Counted from the first letter of the stretch, positions 9,379-19,852 are shown. The stretch is 64,000 nucleotides of DNA from Clostridia bacterium (GCA_017467625.1 JAFUSN010000004.1:403963-467962), one strand, 5' to 3'. Notes: generated by a model not told the origin, from the sequence alone. Program-made: numbers and translations.

Positions 9379-9522
9379 TTTTTACCTCAACATTATTTTA
9401 GTTAAAACAACTAAAATTTGTCAAACAATTTATTGTGATAATATTAAAACGCTTGCAAATATTTAAAAGTAAAGTAATTTACTTTTTAAAACATTTTTTA
9501 TATAATTACTTTAGAGGAAATT

Positions 9523-10251
9523 ATGAAGAAAGACGAAATTATTTTTGATGAAAGATTTACAGGGACATTAACCGTTTCAAAAGTGTCAAAATTTTATGGT
9601 GACAATAATGAGGTGAAGGCACTTGACGGGGTTTCGCTTCAGTTTTTCACTGGTCAATTTGTTGTTATTTTAGGCGCAAGTGGAAGCGGAAAAAGCACTC
9701 TTTTGAATTTAATTGGTGGAATGGATATGGCAAGTGAGGGCGAAATTAACATTGGCGGAGTTGATATAACACAGCTTTCACCAGAAAATTATGCGCGATA
9801 TAGACGAGAAGTTGTTGGATTTATTTTTCAATTTTACAATTTAATGCCAAATTTAACCGCACTTGAAAATGTTCAAATTGCTGAAATTCCAGGTGAAATG
9901 AAGGCAGAAGAAGCGCTTGAGCTTGTTGGTCTTTCCGATAAACATAACAATTTTCCATCAGAACTTTCAGGTGGTGAGCAACAAAGAGTTTCAATTGCGC
10001 GTGCAATTGTTAAAAACCCAACCGTTTTGCTTTGTGATGAGCCAACTGGTGCGCTTGACAGTAAAACTGGAAAGAGAATTATTAAACTTTTGCAAGATGT
10101 AAATAAAAATAAGGATAAAATTGTTGTTGTGGTAACTCATAATAGTGCTTTTGCTGAAATTGCCGATCGTGTGATTAGGATTTCAGATGGAAAAATAATT
10201 AGCGATGTAACACAAAAAAATCCAAAATCAATCGAGGAAATTGAACTTTAA
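9523..10251 (+). CDS. ABC transporter ATP-binding protein (MacB/FtsE-like)
   Basis: Walker [10 protein letters not shown], signature LSGGEQQR, Walker B LLCDEPT, H-loop THN. Confidence 0.95.
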   Translation: MKKDEIIFDERFTGTLTVSKVSKFYGDNNEVKALDGVSLQFFTGQFVVILGASGSGKSTLLNLIGGMDMASEGEINIGGVDITQLSPENYARYRREVVGFIFQFYNLMPNLTALENVQIAEIPGEMKAEEALELVGLSDKHNNFPSELSGGEQQRVSIARAIVKNPTVLLCDEPTGALDSKTGKRIIKLLQDVNKNKDKIVVVVTHNSAFAEIADRVIRISDGKIISDVTQKNPKSIEEIEL

Positions 10252-12560
10252 TGAAATCTGTTTTTAGAAAACTTGGTGCAAGAAATATTAAAGGGAATAT
10301 CAGACTGTTTTTGTCTGTTATTTCTATTGTGCTGCTTGCAACAATGCTTCTTGCTGGATTTATAACGAACTCAGCAAGGCTTTCAAAGGCAGTTGAAACA
10401 TATTTCAGTGATACAAATTTAGCAGATATGTGGATTTATACTGACAAAGTTCAATCACAAGATGAGAATTTTTTTGATTCGCTCAATGTTGATTATACAA
10501 AAAGATTTTACTATGAAACGAGCGCTGAAGTTGTTGGACAAAATGTTCAAACAAATGCAAAAATTTATGTTGGGACAAGCAATGCAAAATACGCAGTTAT
10601 TTCTGAACCAATTTATGACGGTAAGGAAGGCTGTTTGATTGATGTTCACTTTGCTGACAATAACAAAATTAGGCTTTACGAAAATGACATTAAATTTTCA
10701 ATAAGTTATGGTGCTTATCAATTTGACTTTCAAACAAGAATTACTGGAAAAATGAGTTTTGACGAGTGTGCAGACACATATTCATCAGTTCCAATTTTTA
10801 TTGATGAAAAAGTGTTTTTAAATCTTTTAAATGATGCATTTAAAGAAAAAGTTGGGATTGAAAATTATTTTGCAGAAGTTCCATTTAATCAAATTTTAAT
10901 TAAAACTGATAATTTTAATGAAATTCAAAATAAAGTTAAACAATATTATGAAACTTCAAGTAGCAAACTTTATTTAATTGCTTCACGAGATATGATTGAG
11001 TCAGTTGTTCTTTTGAATGATGAAGTTAGTCAATCAAAAAAGATGATTTATGTTTTTCCTGTGATATTTTTGATTGTTTCAATTTTGGTTATTTTGACGA
11101 CAATTGATCAGCTTATTGTTCAAGAAAGACAAAAAATTGGAACGCTTAAATCTATTGGAATTCCGGACAAGAAAATATTGTGGCACTATTCGTCATATGG
11201 AGCAATTTTGTGCGGAATTGGTGGTGTTTTGGGGACAATTTTTGGAACAATTTTAATTCCACTTATAATGTTTATTAAATACAAATTGGTTTACAGCATT
11301 CCAGATGATTACATTAGAATTCAAATTCCAATTTGGTGGCTAATTTTAGTGGTTGCTGGTGTTGTTCTTTTGGGATTTTTGGTTTCACTTTTTGCAAGTA
11401 AAAACATTATAACAAAAAAACCAATTGAGTGTTTGCGTTTTGAAATTTCTTCAAGTGCTAAAAAATTAAAAAAGAATTCTGGCAAGTTTAAAAAAGTTCC
11501 ACTTGCAATAAAAATGGCTGTGAGAAATTTGAAACTTAAACCAATTAGGGCAATTATGGTAAGCATTGGAATTGCTGGTTGTGTTGCACTTTTGCTTTGT
11601 GGATTTGGAATAACAGACACTCTTAATCATAGTGTTGACAACGATCTTAAGCACCTGTTTCATTATGACATAACAACCACTTATGCCAGCCCTGATTTTG
11701 AAACTAAATTAAATGATCTTGAAGGGCTAAATGAATTTGAACTATATGAAAAATTTTATACAGAAGTTAATTTTGATTCTAAAGTTAAAAATATGAATGT
11801 TTACCGCATTCAAAAAGATTCTAAACTCAGTGAAATTAAGTTAAAAGAAAATGAAACTTGGATTTCAAGCATAAAGGCTGAAGAACTTGGAGTAAATGTT
11901 GGTGACAAGGTTATTGTTTCAGCTGATGGACTTGAAAACGAACTTGAAATCAACAAAATTTTTGAAACCAGTTTACTGAATGGAATTTACACATCAAAAG
12001 AACTAAATCTTCCATCAACCGTGCTCACAAAAGGTGCTTGGATTTTATGTGGTGAGGCAACTGAAGCAAAGGTTGATTTTGTTAATAAAATCAATGGAAA
12101 AGGAACGGCAAATTCAATTCAGGGCTTATATGAAAGTGTTGATAGCAAAATTTCATCAATTAGTTTAATGACAAACACATTAAAAACATTTGCAATTTTG
12201 CTTGCGGTTGTGGTTCTTTTAAACTTGGTTTTCTTGATTATTAAAGAGAGAACCAGAGAAATTGCAACGCTCAAGGTTTTGGGGCAGGGAATTTGGACAA
12301 TTGCATCATCAATTGTTTATGAAATTTTGGCAATGGCAATTTTTGGAACGGCAATTGGATTATGTTTAGGTTTTCCACTTTTGAAACTTGTTTTGATGAT
12401 AAATAAAGTTGAAGTTGTAACATTTTTATATCATATCAATGTTTTGAGCTATTTTATGTCAATTGGAATTATTTTTGTAACAATTTTTATTGTTTGTTTG
12501 GGAAGTCTTTATAAAATTTATAAACTTGATATGATTGGTTCACTTAAAAGCGTTGAATAA
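10251..12560 (+). CDS. ABC transporter permease, duplicated FtsX/MacB-type (two TM1-ectodomain-TM2-4 modules)
   Basis: 769 aa; two FtsX-like TM bundles (KSIGIPDKKI.., LKVLGQGIWT..), each preceded by a large extracytoplasmic segment; start overlaps the ATPase stop (TAATG). Confidence 0.85.
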   Translation: MKSVFRKLGARNIKGNIRLFLSVISIVLLATMLLAGFITNSARLSKAVETYFSDTNLADMWIYTDKVQSQDENFFDSLNVDYTKRFYYETSAEVVGQNVQTNAKIYVGTSNAKYAVISEPIYDGKEGCLIDVHFADNNKIRLYENDIKFSISYGAYQFDFQTRITGKMSFDECADTYSSVPIFIDEKVFLNLLNDAFKEKVGIENYFAEVPFNQILIKTDNFNEIQNKVKQYYETSSSKLYLIASRDMIESVVLLNDEVSQSKKMIYVFPVIFLIVSILVILTTIDQLIVQERQKIGTLKSIGIPDKKILWHYSSYGAILCGIGGVLGTIFGTILIPLIMFIKYKLVYSIPDDYIRIQIPIWWLILVVAGVVLLGFLVSLFASKNIITKKPIECLRFEISSSAKKLKKNSGKFKKVPLAIKMAVRNLKLKPIRAIMVSIGIAGCVALLLCGFGITDTLNHSVDNDLKHLFHYDITTTYASPDFETKLNDLEGLNEFELYEKFYTEVNFDSKVKNMNVYRIQKDSKLSEIKLKENETWISSIKAEELGVNVGDKVIVSADGLENELEINKIFETSLLNGIYTSKELNLPSTVLTKGAWILCGEATEAKVDFVNKINGKGTANSIQGLYESVDSKISSISLMTNTLKTFAILLAVVVLLNLVFLIIKERTREIATLKVLGQGIWTIASSIVYEILAMAIFGTAIGLCLGFPLLKLVLMINKVEVVTFLYHINVLSYFMSIGIIFVTIFIVCLGSLYKIYKLDMIGSLKSVE

Positions 12561-12623
12561 AAACCTATAAATATTTGACAAAAATTCTAAAAAATATCAA
12601 AATATATTTGTTAAGAGGTCATT

Positions 12624-13652
12624 ATGAAAGTAAATTATTTTTTAGCAGCAACCACATTTCATGTTGTTGCACTTGTTTTCATTATTTTGGCAATTATTTC
12701 ATGTTTTATATTTTTGGCAATTTTGATGCTTGAAGATAAATATAAAAACAAAAAAACAGATGAAAAATCAAATGTGAAGCCAGATTTTTGGACAAGATTT
12801 ATTGCTTTGTTTTCAAATAATACGGTTAAAACAGTTTATTCTGATAAGTCATTAAACTATTCAGGAACTGAATTTTTGCCAGTTCCAGCAAAAGCCCCAA
12901 CTGACAAATTTACTTATGAGTTTTTGGGTTGGGATAAAAATGCTGTTGATGAAAATGGAAATTTTGTTGTTAAAGCAATTTATCTTCAAAAAGTTACACA
13001 GTGTAGAGTTAATGTTTTTGATGATGATGAAAAAACCTTGCTTAAAACAGCAGTGGTTGAATATGGATCGGGAATAAATTTGGATGATGTTAAACCAACA
13101 AAACCTGAAACAAAAGAATTTACTTATGAGTTTGTTGGTTGGAATCATGATACAAATGAATTTTTTGAAAACACAAATATTCATGCAGTTTATAGGGCAG
13201 TTCCAAAAAAATACACATATGTTTTTTATGATGATGACGGAACCACAGTGATTAGTCAAGGTAGTGCAATTTATGGAACACCAATTTTTGCACCAAAAAC
13301 AACTGAAAAAGTTGGAGAAGATGGCAGAGTTTATCAATTTGAATATTGGAAAAATTACACAGAAGGAATGCTTTTGGTTCGTAATTCAAATTTTGTTGCT
13401 GTTTATAAACTTAAAGACAGTTATGTTGATAGAGATGAAAATGAGGTTGTTTTAAAAACTAATGAAAGACCAAAAACAATGTCTTTTGAACTTGACAATG
13501 CTGAAAGAACAGCAAAGCGTCCAAGGGTTGTTGTTCAATCAAGAGAACAACTTTTAAGTGAAAAAAGAGAAAATTCAAAACAAAATGAAAAAGAAAAGTT
13601 AAAAGAAGAAGCATTGTTTGAGAATGTTTTGGTTAATAAGAAGAAAAAATAA
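12624..13652 (+). CDS. N-terminally anchored repeat protein with Lys/Glu-rich C-terminal tail
   Basis: One TM helix, then four roughly 55-aa repeats (FTYEFLGWDKN.., FTYEFVGWNHD.., YTYVFYDDDG.., YQFEYWKNY..) resembling half Listeria-Bacteroides repeats. Confidence 0.7.
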   Translation: MKVNYFLAATTFHVVALVFIILAIISCFIFLAILMLEDKYKNKKTDEKSNVKPDFWTRFIALFSNNTVKTVYSDKSLNYSGTEFLPVPAKAPTDKFTYEFLGWDKNAVDENGNFVVKAIYLQKVTQCRVNVFDDDEKTLLKTAVVEYGSGINLDDVKPTKPETKEFTYEFVGWNHDTNEFFENTNIHAVYRAVPKKYTYVFYDDDGTTVISQGSAIYGTPIFAPKTTEKVGEDGRVYQFEYWKNYTEGMLLVRNSNFVAVYKLKDSYVDRDENEVVLKTNERPKTMSFELDNAERTAKRPRVVVQSREQLLSEKRENSKQNEKEKLKEEALFENVLVNKKKK

Positions 13653-13680
13653 AAGATGGCGTGCCATCTTTTATTTTTTA
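13651..13680. terminator. bidirectional terminator between convergent genes
   Basis: aaagatgg/ccatcttt stem flanked by A run and T run; overlaps the stop of the minus-strand gene. Confidence 0.65.
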
Positions 13681-14687
13681 TAAATTTTAAGTGCCTTGTT
13701 AAATGTTTTTTCACTGTTTAACCAGGCTTTTTTATTAAAAATACCATTTATAAATTTTTGCCTATGTTTTTCATGTCTCCTTGAAATTTCTTGCATTGCA
13801 GCCTCGTTGACACCTTTTTTATCGTCAATTGCAAACGCAACACAATTTATTCCCATTTCAGTGGGTGATGAATAAATTTCTTTTCCATTAATTGCATTTA
13901 AAAGTTTTGAAACAATTGGGAACGCTTCAATATCACGGTTGTAGTTTACAGCGTTTTTATGATATTTTTGTTTGTAAAAAGGATCAATTTTATTTGTGTC
14001 GCCAAGTTCAACTGTTGCCATTTCATATGCAATATTTACAAGTGAATTAAGTGGCAAATTCCAAACAGGGAAGGTTTCATATTTTGCGTATCCTGCACGA
14101 TTTCCAAGCTGCTTTTCATGATATAGCTGACTTAAACAAGTTTGAAGTTTTCCACTGCTTGGACCAGGTGCTGAAACTAAAATTAAATTTTTGTGGGTTT
14201 CAACATAGTCATTTTTTCCAAATCCAAATTTACTTGTAATTTTTCTCAAATCATGTGGATAATTTTCAATTGAAAATGACTTATATGTTTTGATTTTATT
14301 TTGTTTACATTTTTTTTCAAATTCAAAAACCAGTTCATTTTCAGTGTAGAAGGTTATCATGATTCCTGCAACGGCAATTTTTTCATTTTGCATGTTTTGA
14401 GCTAAACGAATGGCTTCATCGCCATATTCTAAACCATTATCAGCGCGAACCTTTTTTAAAATTATGTCATTGGCATTCACACAAAAAATAACTTCAAGTT
14501 CATTTTTAAGTTCTCTTAGAATTTGCATTTTTACATCAGGTTGAAAACCAGGAAGAACTCTGGCTGCATGATTATCTTCAAATAATTTTCCACCAACTTC
14601 CATGTAAAGCTTTCCAAATGATTTGATTCGGTTTAAAATTGCCTCTTTTTGAAGTGATTTATACTTTTCATTATTAAATGGTGTCAT
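13671..14687 (-). CDS. DUF1846 / UPF0371 family protein, C-terminally short form
   Basis: ARVLPGFQPD, APGPSSGKLQTCLSQLYHE, AGYAKYETFPVWNLPL, VNYNRDIEAFP match the family; ATG 14687 behind GGAGGG. Confidence 0.8.
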   Translation of the reverse strand: MTPFNNEKYKSLQKEAILNRIKSFGKLYMEVGGKLFEDNHAARVLPGFQPDVKMQILRELKNELEVIFCVNANDIILKKVRADNGLEYGDEAIRLAQNMQNEKIAVAGIMITFYTENELVFEFEKKCKQNKIKTYKSFSIENYPHDLRKITSKFGFGKNDYVETHKNLILVSAPGPSSGKLQTCLSQLYHEKQLGNRAGYAKYETFPVWNLPLNSLVNIAYEMATVELGDTNKIDPFYKQKYHKNAVNYNRDIEAFPIVSKLLNAINGKEIYSSPTEMGINCVAFAIDDKKGVNEAAMQEISRRHEKHRQKFINGIFNKKAWLNSEKTFNKALKIYKK

Positions 14688-14704
14688 AATTTCCCTCCAA
14701 CACA

Positions 14705-14730
14705 AAAGGGGAGCATTTTGCTCCTCTTTT
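14705..14730 (-). terminator. hairpin with short T run between typA and the DUF1846 gene (partial terminator)
   Basis: Minus strand: gaggagc-aaaat-gctcccc then TTTT, immediately after the typA stop. Confidence 0.45.
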
Positions 14731-16567
14731 ATTTTCCGTTTAATTCTTGTTTTTTGCGGAAAGTTTCACGACCACGAATTGTGTGATCCAAAATTTTCTT
14801 TCTAATTCTAAGATTTTCAGGGGTAACTTCCAAAAGTTCATCTTCACCTAAAAATTCAAGATTTTCTTCAAGTGTTAATTTTTTAACAGGAACAAGTCTT
14901 AAAGCCTCGTCTGAAGCAGATGAACGAATGTTTGTTAATTGCTTTTTTTTGCAAACATTAACAACAATGTCTTCAGCTTTTGGATTTACACCAACAACCA
15001 TTCCACCATAAACTTTAACTCCAGGTCCAATTAAAAGCCTTCCACGCTCTTGAGTGTTGTAAAGTCCATAAACAATTGATTCTCCAGTTTCATAGGCAAT
15101 GAGTGCACCATAATTTCTGGTGTTAATTGGCCCTTTATATGGTTCATAGTCGGCAAAAACAGAACTCATAATTCCTTCACCGTTGGTTTCAGTTAAAAAT
15201 TGAGTTTTATATCCAAAAAGTCCACGTGATGGAATTTTGAATTCAAGACGAATTCTGCTTCCTTTTGGAGACATATTTTGAAGTTCACCTTTGCGAACAC
15301 CCATTGAACCCATGATTGTGCTGACGCAGTTTTCAGGAACATCAATTGTTAAGTTGTCAACAGGCTCAAGTTTAACGCCATTTTCTTCTTTATAGATAAC
15401 TTTTGGCATTGAAACTTGAAATTCATAGCCTTCACGACGCATATTTTCAACCAAAATTGAAATATGCATTTCACCACGTCCAAGAACTCTAAATTTATCA
15501 GATGATTCTGTTTCATAAACCTTGAGTGATAGGTCACGAACAGCTTCCTTCATTAAACGATCACGAAGATGCCTTGAAGTGAAAAATTTTCCTTCGGTTC
15601 CAGCAAAAGGTGAGTCATTAACTGAAAACTCCATTTCAATTGAAGGTTCACTAATTTTAACAAATGGAATTGGTGAAAGGTCTTCTTTGCTTGTGATTGT
15701 ATCACCAATGGTAACTTCATCAGAGCCTGAAAGACAAACAATGTCGCCAGGAACTGCTTCAGTTACAGGTGCTTTTTTAAGACCTTGAAATTCAAAAATA
15801 TTTGTAATTTTAAATTGCTTGTGATAATTTGCATCATGGAAGTTAACAATATCAAGAGTTTCATTAACTTTAACTGAACCTTGTTCAACTTTTCCAATTG
15901 CAAGTTTTCCAAGATAGTCATTTGCTTCACATGAGGAAACAAGCATTTTAAATGGTTTGTTTGCATCACTTTGTGGAGCAGGAATATGTTTTAAAATTGT
16001 GTCAAGAAGTGGTTTCATGTCAGTTCCTTCTTTTTCTGGATCAAGCGAACAAATTCCATTTCTTGCAGAACAGAAAACGAAAGGAGAATCAAGTTGTTCT
16101 TCATTTGCATCAAGATCCATAAGCAGGTCTAAAACTTCATCAATAACTTCTTTAACTCTTGCATCTTTTCTGTCAATTTTATTGATAACAACAATAACCC
16201 TATGGCCAAGTGCGAGCGCTTTTTCAAGAACAAACCTTGTTTGTGGCATTGTTCCTTCAAACGCATCAACAACTAATAAAACGCCATCAACCATTTTTAA
16301 AATTCTTTCAACTTCACCACCAAAATCTGCGTGTCCTGGGGTGTCAACGACATTAATTTTAACGCCGTTGTACATCAGTGATGCATTTTTACTAAAAATT
16401 GTGATTCCACGTTCTCTTTCAAGATCATTTGAGTCCATAACTCTATCTTGAATTTGTTGGTTTTCTCTAAAAACACCACCTTCTTTTAAAATTGCATTAA
16501 CAAGTGTTGTTTTGCCATGGTCAACATGGGCGATTATTGCGACATTTCTTATGTTTTTATTTTCCAT
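14729..16567 (-). CDS. typA: translational GTPase TypA/BipA
   Basis: AIIAHVDHGKTTL, DTPGHADFGGEVER, NKIDR; 612 aa; EF-G-like domain order. Confidence 0.95.
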   Translation of the reverse strand: MENKNIRNVAIIAHVDHGKTTLVNAILKEGGVFRENQQIQDRVMDSNDLERERGITIFSKNASLMYNGVKINVVDTPGHADFGGEVERILKMVDGVLLVVDAFEGTMPQTRFVLEKALALGHRVIVVINKIDRKDARVKEVIDEVLDLLMDLDANEEQLDSPFVFCSARNGICSLDPEKEGTDMKPLLDTILKHIPAPQSDANKPFKMLVSSCEANDYLGKLAIGKVEQGSVKVNETLDIVNFHDANYHKQFKITNIFEFQGLKKAPVTEAVPGDIVCLSGSDEVTIGDTITSKEDLSPIPFVKISEPSIEMEFSVNDSPFAGTEGKFFTSRHLRDRLMKEAVRDLSLKVYETESSDKFRVLGRGEMHISILVENMRREGYEFQVSMPKVIYKEENGVKLEPVDNLTIDVPENCVSTIMGSMGVRKGELQNMSPKGSRIRLEFKIPSRGLFGYKTQFLTETNGEGIMSSVFADYEPYKGPINTRNYGALIAYETGESIVYGLYNTQERGRLLIGPGVKVYGGMVVGVNPKAEDIVVNVCKKKQLTNIRSSASDEALRLVPVKKLTLEENLEFLGEDELLEVTPENLRIRKKILDHTIRGRETFRKKQELNGK

Positions 16568-16699
16568 TTTATTACCTCAAAAATAAAAGCAAACTAAAAG
16601 TTTGCTAGTTTTAACTTGCAAATTATAGCACCATTTTTTCTCTTTGTCTAGTGAGAGAAAAAATAATTTCATAAAAATACCAATATTTTTACTTAACTA

Positions 16700-16728
16700 T
16701 TGAAATGGATACTTAAATGTGTTACAAT
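16700..16728 (+). promoter_or_regulatory. sigma-A type promoter TTGAAA-17-TACAAT with TG extension
   Basis: TTGAAA 16700-16705, TGTTACAAT ending at 16728, 20 nt before ATG 16749. Confidence 0.6.
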
Positions 16729-16748
16729 GCCACGTGAAAGAGGTTACT

Positions 16749-17516
16749 ATGAAAATTTATTTTATTCGCCATGGTGAAACACCTGCAGTTAAAGAGGGGT
16801 TGGCACAAGGACAGTCAAACGATATAGAATTAAATACATTGACTAGTGTTGGTGTTGAACAATTAGAAAAAACAGCAACTGAATTAGTGGAAATATTAAA
16901 AGAAAAAGGCGTTTCAGCTGAAAACGTAAAGTTATATCATTGTGATGACAAGAGATGTACACAATCTGCATATATTGTGTATAAAGCACTTTTTGAAGCG
17001 GGTTTACTTTTAAATGAAAATGAACAAGTTTTAGATGTTTCTGGCCGAAACTATGGCGAGATTGAGGGATTAAATGAATCAAAAATTAGAGATATGTCAA
17101 ACTTGCTTAAACCAATGAGGAAAGAGTTTAAACTACTTTGGTCATATTTGTTATCAGAATTTGGATTTTCAAATCCAGCTGGAATTGAAAAGAAATCAGG
17201 ATATGATAAAAAAGTTGAAGAGAAAGTTTTATATCAACTTTTTGATGATTATGAGCCAGATCAAACGATAATAATTGTTGGGAATTCTGATGTATTTAAT
17301 GTTCTGCAAAAGAATAAAAGCATAAGAAAATATTTATATTTTGGTAATGAATATATGGAAGGTAAAAAAGTTAAGTTTCCAAAAATAAAAATTAAACCTG
17401 GAGAGATGGTTGATTTTGAACTTGAACCATTGCCAGAGGGCTACGAAACTGTCGCTGAAATGATGATGCATCCTGGTGAATCAATTGACTACGCATTTTA
17501 TATGGGAGTGCGATAA
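16749..17516 (+). CDS. histidine phosphatase (phosphoglycerate mutase-like) family protein, atypical
   Basis: MKIYFIRHGET signature; start set at ATG 16749 behind GAAAGAGG; the expected second His (SHG) appears as VGNSD. Confidence 0.7.
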   Translation: MKIYFIRHGETPAVKEGLAQGQSNDIELNTLTSVGVEQLEKTATELVEILKEKGVSAENVKLYHCDDKRCTQSAYIVYKALFEAGLLLNENEQVLDVSGRNYGEIEGLNESKIRDMSNLLKPMRKEFKLLWSYLLSEFGFSNPAGIEKKSGYDKKVEEKVLYQLFDDYEPDQTIIIVGNSDVFNVLQKNKSIRKYLYFGNEYMEGKKVKFPKIKIKPGEMVDFELEPLPEGYETVAEMMMHPGESIDYAFYMGVR

Positions 17517-17520
17517 AATT

Positions 17521-17551
17521 AAAGAGGCTAATAAATGCCTCTTTTGTTTTT
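17521..17551 (+). terminator. intrinsic terminator
   Basis: aaagaggc/gcctcttt stem followed by T run. Confidence 0.8.
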
Positions 17552-17594
17552 AAATTTTATGGACTTAAATTTAATTTTGTTGTAATATAGGCAT

Positions 17595-18986
17595 ATGGAA
17601 AAATTGAGTGAAAAACTTCCAGTTGAATTTCTTGAAAGACAAAAAAAATCACTTGGAAAAAATTTTGATTTATATATAAATGCAGTAAACTTGGAACCAT
17701 GCAGGGGACTTAGGGTAAACACCTTGAAAATTCAGCCACAAGACTTTGAAAAACTTTTTACTGAAAAACTTGAAAAGCTTCCATTTTCAAATGATGGATA
17801 TATCCTTGAAAGTGATGAAAAAATTGGAAATTGTTCAGAACATATTTCAGGACTAATTTATTTGCAAGAACCCTCTAGCATGATTGCCGTTTGTGCAAGT
17901 GGAATTAAAAATGAAAATAGACCAATTAAAGTGCTTGATTTGTGTGCGTCGCCTGGCGGAAAATCTGGTCAAATTGCATCAAGAATTAGCAAAAATTCAG
18001 TTTTGTTTTCAAATGAAATAATAAAAAAAAGAGCAAGCGTTTTATATTCAAATTTGGAGAGACTTGGCGTTAGAAATGCAATTATTTTAAATGAAGAACC
18101 AGAGAGATTAGCCATTTTTGAAGGTTATTTTGATTATGTTTTTGTTGATGCACCTTGTTCAGGTGAGGGAATGTTTAGAAAAAATCCCGAAACCATTGTG
18201 GAGTGGAGCAAAGAAAATGTTGAAATGTGCGCGGCTCGTCAAAAAGAGATTTTGAATGTGGCGCAAAAGCTTGTTAAAACAGGTGGAAAGCTTATTTATT
18301 CAACTTGCACATTTTCTCCTGAAGAAGATGAAGAAAATGTTGATTGGTTTTTAAAGAACTTTAATTTCTCTCTATGTGAAATTCCAACTGAAATTAAAAA
18401 TGTTTCATGCGGTGTTAAACTTAAAAATGGCAATGGTGAAAACGCTCGCAAATTTTATCCATTTTCTGGTGCTGGCGAAGGACAATTCGTTGCAGTTTTT
18501 AAAAACAATGACGAATTTGTTGAAACAAAAATTTATGCAAAAAAACACTTTAAATCTATTGATAAATCTGGTAGAAAGGTGCGTGAAATGATTGAAGATT
18601 TTTATACCCAAAATTTAACAGAAAAACCAGATGGACAAGTGTTTGAAATTGACAATAATTTATATTTGGCTCCAGTTGGATTTGATGAAAAAATTCAAAC
18701 TGCACTTGATGAACTTAAATTTGTTTCATTTGGAGTTAAACTCGGCGAAATTATAAAAGATAGGTTTGAGCCAAATCATGCATTTTTTATGGCATATGGG
18801 AATTTGTTTAAAACAAAAATTGAAGTTGATGATGAGAACTTTAAAAGGTTTTTACATGGTGAAGAACTTTCAGGTTTAAACGGAAAAGGATTTGGCGTTA
18901 TAACCAAAAACGGTTACGCTGTTGGTGGCGTTAGAATTTCAGGAGGAAAACTCAAAAATTTGTATCCAAGGGGGCTGAGAAGTTAA
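17595..18986 (+). CDS. RsmB/RsmF-type (NOL1/NOP2/Sun) RNA m5C methyltransferase
   Basis: SAM motif DLCASPGGKS, catalytic motifs DAPCSGEG and YSTCT; C-terminal PUA-like extension. Confidence 0.85.
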   Translation: MEKLSEKLPVEFLERQKKSLGKNFDLYINAVNLEPCRGLRVNTLKIQPQDFEKLFTEKLEKLPFSNDGYILESDEKIGNCSEHISGLIYLQEPSSMIAVCASGIKNENRPIKVLDLCASPGGKSGQIASRISKNSVLFSNEIIKKRASVLYSNLERLGVRNAIILNEEPERLAIFEGYFDYVFVDAPCSGEGMFRKNPETIVEWSKENVEMCAARQKEILNVAQKLVKTGGKLIYSTCTFSPEEDEENVDWFLKNFNFSLCEIPTEIKNVSCGVKLKNGNGENARKFYPFSGAGEGQFVAVFKNNDEFVETKIYAKKHFKSIDKSGRKVREMIEDFYTQNLTEKPDGQVFEIDNNLYLAPVGFDEKIQTALDELKFVSFGVKLGEIIKDRFEPNHAFFMAYGNLFKTKIEVDDENFKRFLHGEELSGLNGKGFGVITKNGYAVGGVRISGGKLKNLYPRGLRS

Positions 18987-19786
18987 TGGAAAAATACACA
19001 CTTATAACAGGCGCATGCGGGGGGCTTGGAAAAGCATTTGTTAAAGAGTGCGCAAAAAATGGTGAAAATTTATTTTTGACTGGAACGAATGACAAAAAAC
19101 TTGCTGCACTTTTAAATGAACTTAAAGAAGAACTTTCTGGTGTTAAAGTTAAAACAATGAATTTGAATCTTGGTAGCAGAGAGTCAAGAGAAAATTTGTT
19201 CACCTATTTAAATGCTGGAGCAATTAAGATTAATAAACTTATTAACAATGCCGGTGTTATAATTGAAGGTGACACTGAAAAATTTTCTGATGAAGAAATT
19301 TTGAACGCTGTTGAAGTTAACTGCGTTGGAACACTTGATTTAACTAAAAAACTGTTGAGAATTAGAAATGAAGAGGAAAAATTTGAAGTTTTAACTGTTG
19401 CAAGTGTCGCTGGGTTTTATCCAATTCCACATATGGCAGTTTACGCTGCAACAAAGGCATTTTTGCTTTCAATGATGACTTCGTTGTCCATTGAATTTAA
19501 ACATAAAAATGTTGTGATAACAACTCTTTGTCCTGGTGGAATGGCAACAAATCCTGAAATGATTGAGTCAATTAAATCAATGGGGCTTGGTGGAAAATTA
19601 TCAACGCTTTCTGTTGAAAAAGTTGCCAAAATTGGGCTTAAAGCGCTTTCAAAGAAAAAGAGAATTGTTGTTGCTGGAAAATTTAATAAATTTTTGGTTT
19701 GTGCCGGAGGTTTGCTTTCAACAAATTCACGGGCAAAAAAGGCTGGGAAAATTTATCAAAAGTCACAACAAAAACGCGGGTTTTGA
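18986..19786 (+). CDS. short-chain dehydrogenase/reductase (SDR) family oxidoreductase
   Basis: TGACGGLG cofactor motif, NNAG, YAATK catalytic motif; start overlaps the upstream stop (TAATG). Confidence 0.9.
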   Translation: MEKYTLITGACGGLGKAFVKECAKNGENLFLTGTNDKKLAALLNELKEELSGVKVKTMNLNLGSRESRENLFTYLNAGAIKINKLINNAGVIIEGDTEKFSDEEILNAVEVNCVGTLDLTKKLLRIRNEEEKFEVLTVASVAGFYPIPHMAVYAATKAFLLSMMTSLSIEFKHKNVVITTLCPGGMATNPEMIESIKSMGLGGKLSTLSVEKVAKIGLKALSKKKRIVVAGKFNKFLVCAGGLLSTNSRAKKAGKIYQKSQQKRGF

Positions 19787-19817
19787 TATGATTTCATAAT
19801 TTTTTTAAAAAATGGGC

Positions 19818-19845
19818 TTGACAAGGATTGTTATTTTATTATAAT
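19818..19845 (+). promoter_or_regulatory. promoter TTGACA-16-TATAAT placed 7 nt before the marR-like ATG (leaderless configuration)
   Basis: TTGACA 19818-19823, TATAAT 19840-19845, ATG 19853, no SD in between. Confidence 0.6.
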
Positions 19846-19852
19846 TAAAGCC

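Noticed and set aside
9397-9488. Inverted repeats TTTTAGTT-N5-AACTAAAA and AAAAGTAAA-N4-TTTACTTTT between the adh gene and the ABC operon; possible Rex box
   Set aside because: There is no match to the TTGTGAA-N4-TTCACAA Rex consensus. The palindromes are pure A/T and could be fortuitous. They are not supported well enough to call as operators.
12861-13337. 158-aa minus-strand ORF
   Set aside because: It is antisense to the repeat protein gene, with Cys/Phe/Ile-rich composition typical of AT-rich antisense frames.
15957-16451. 164-aa plus-strand ORF
   Set aside because: It is antisense to typA, Ser-rich and without translation signals. It is a shadow ORF.
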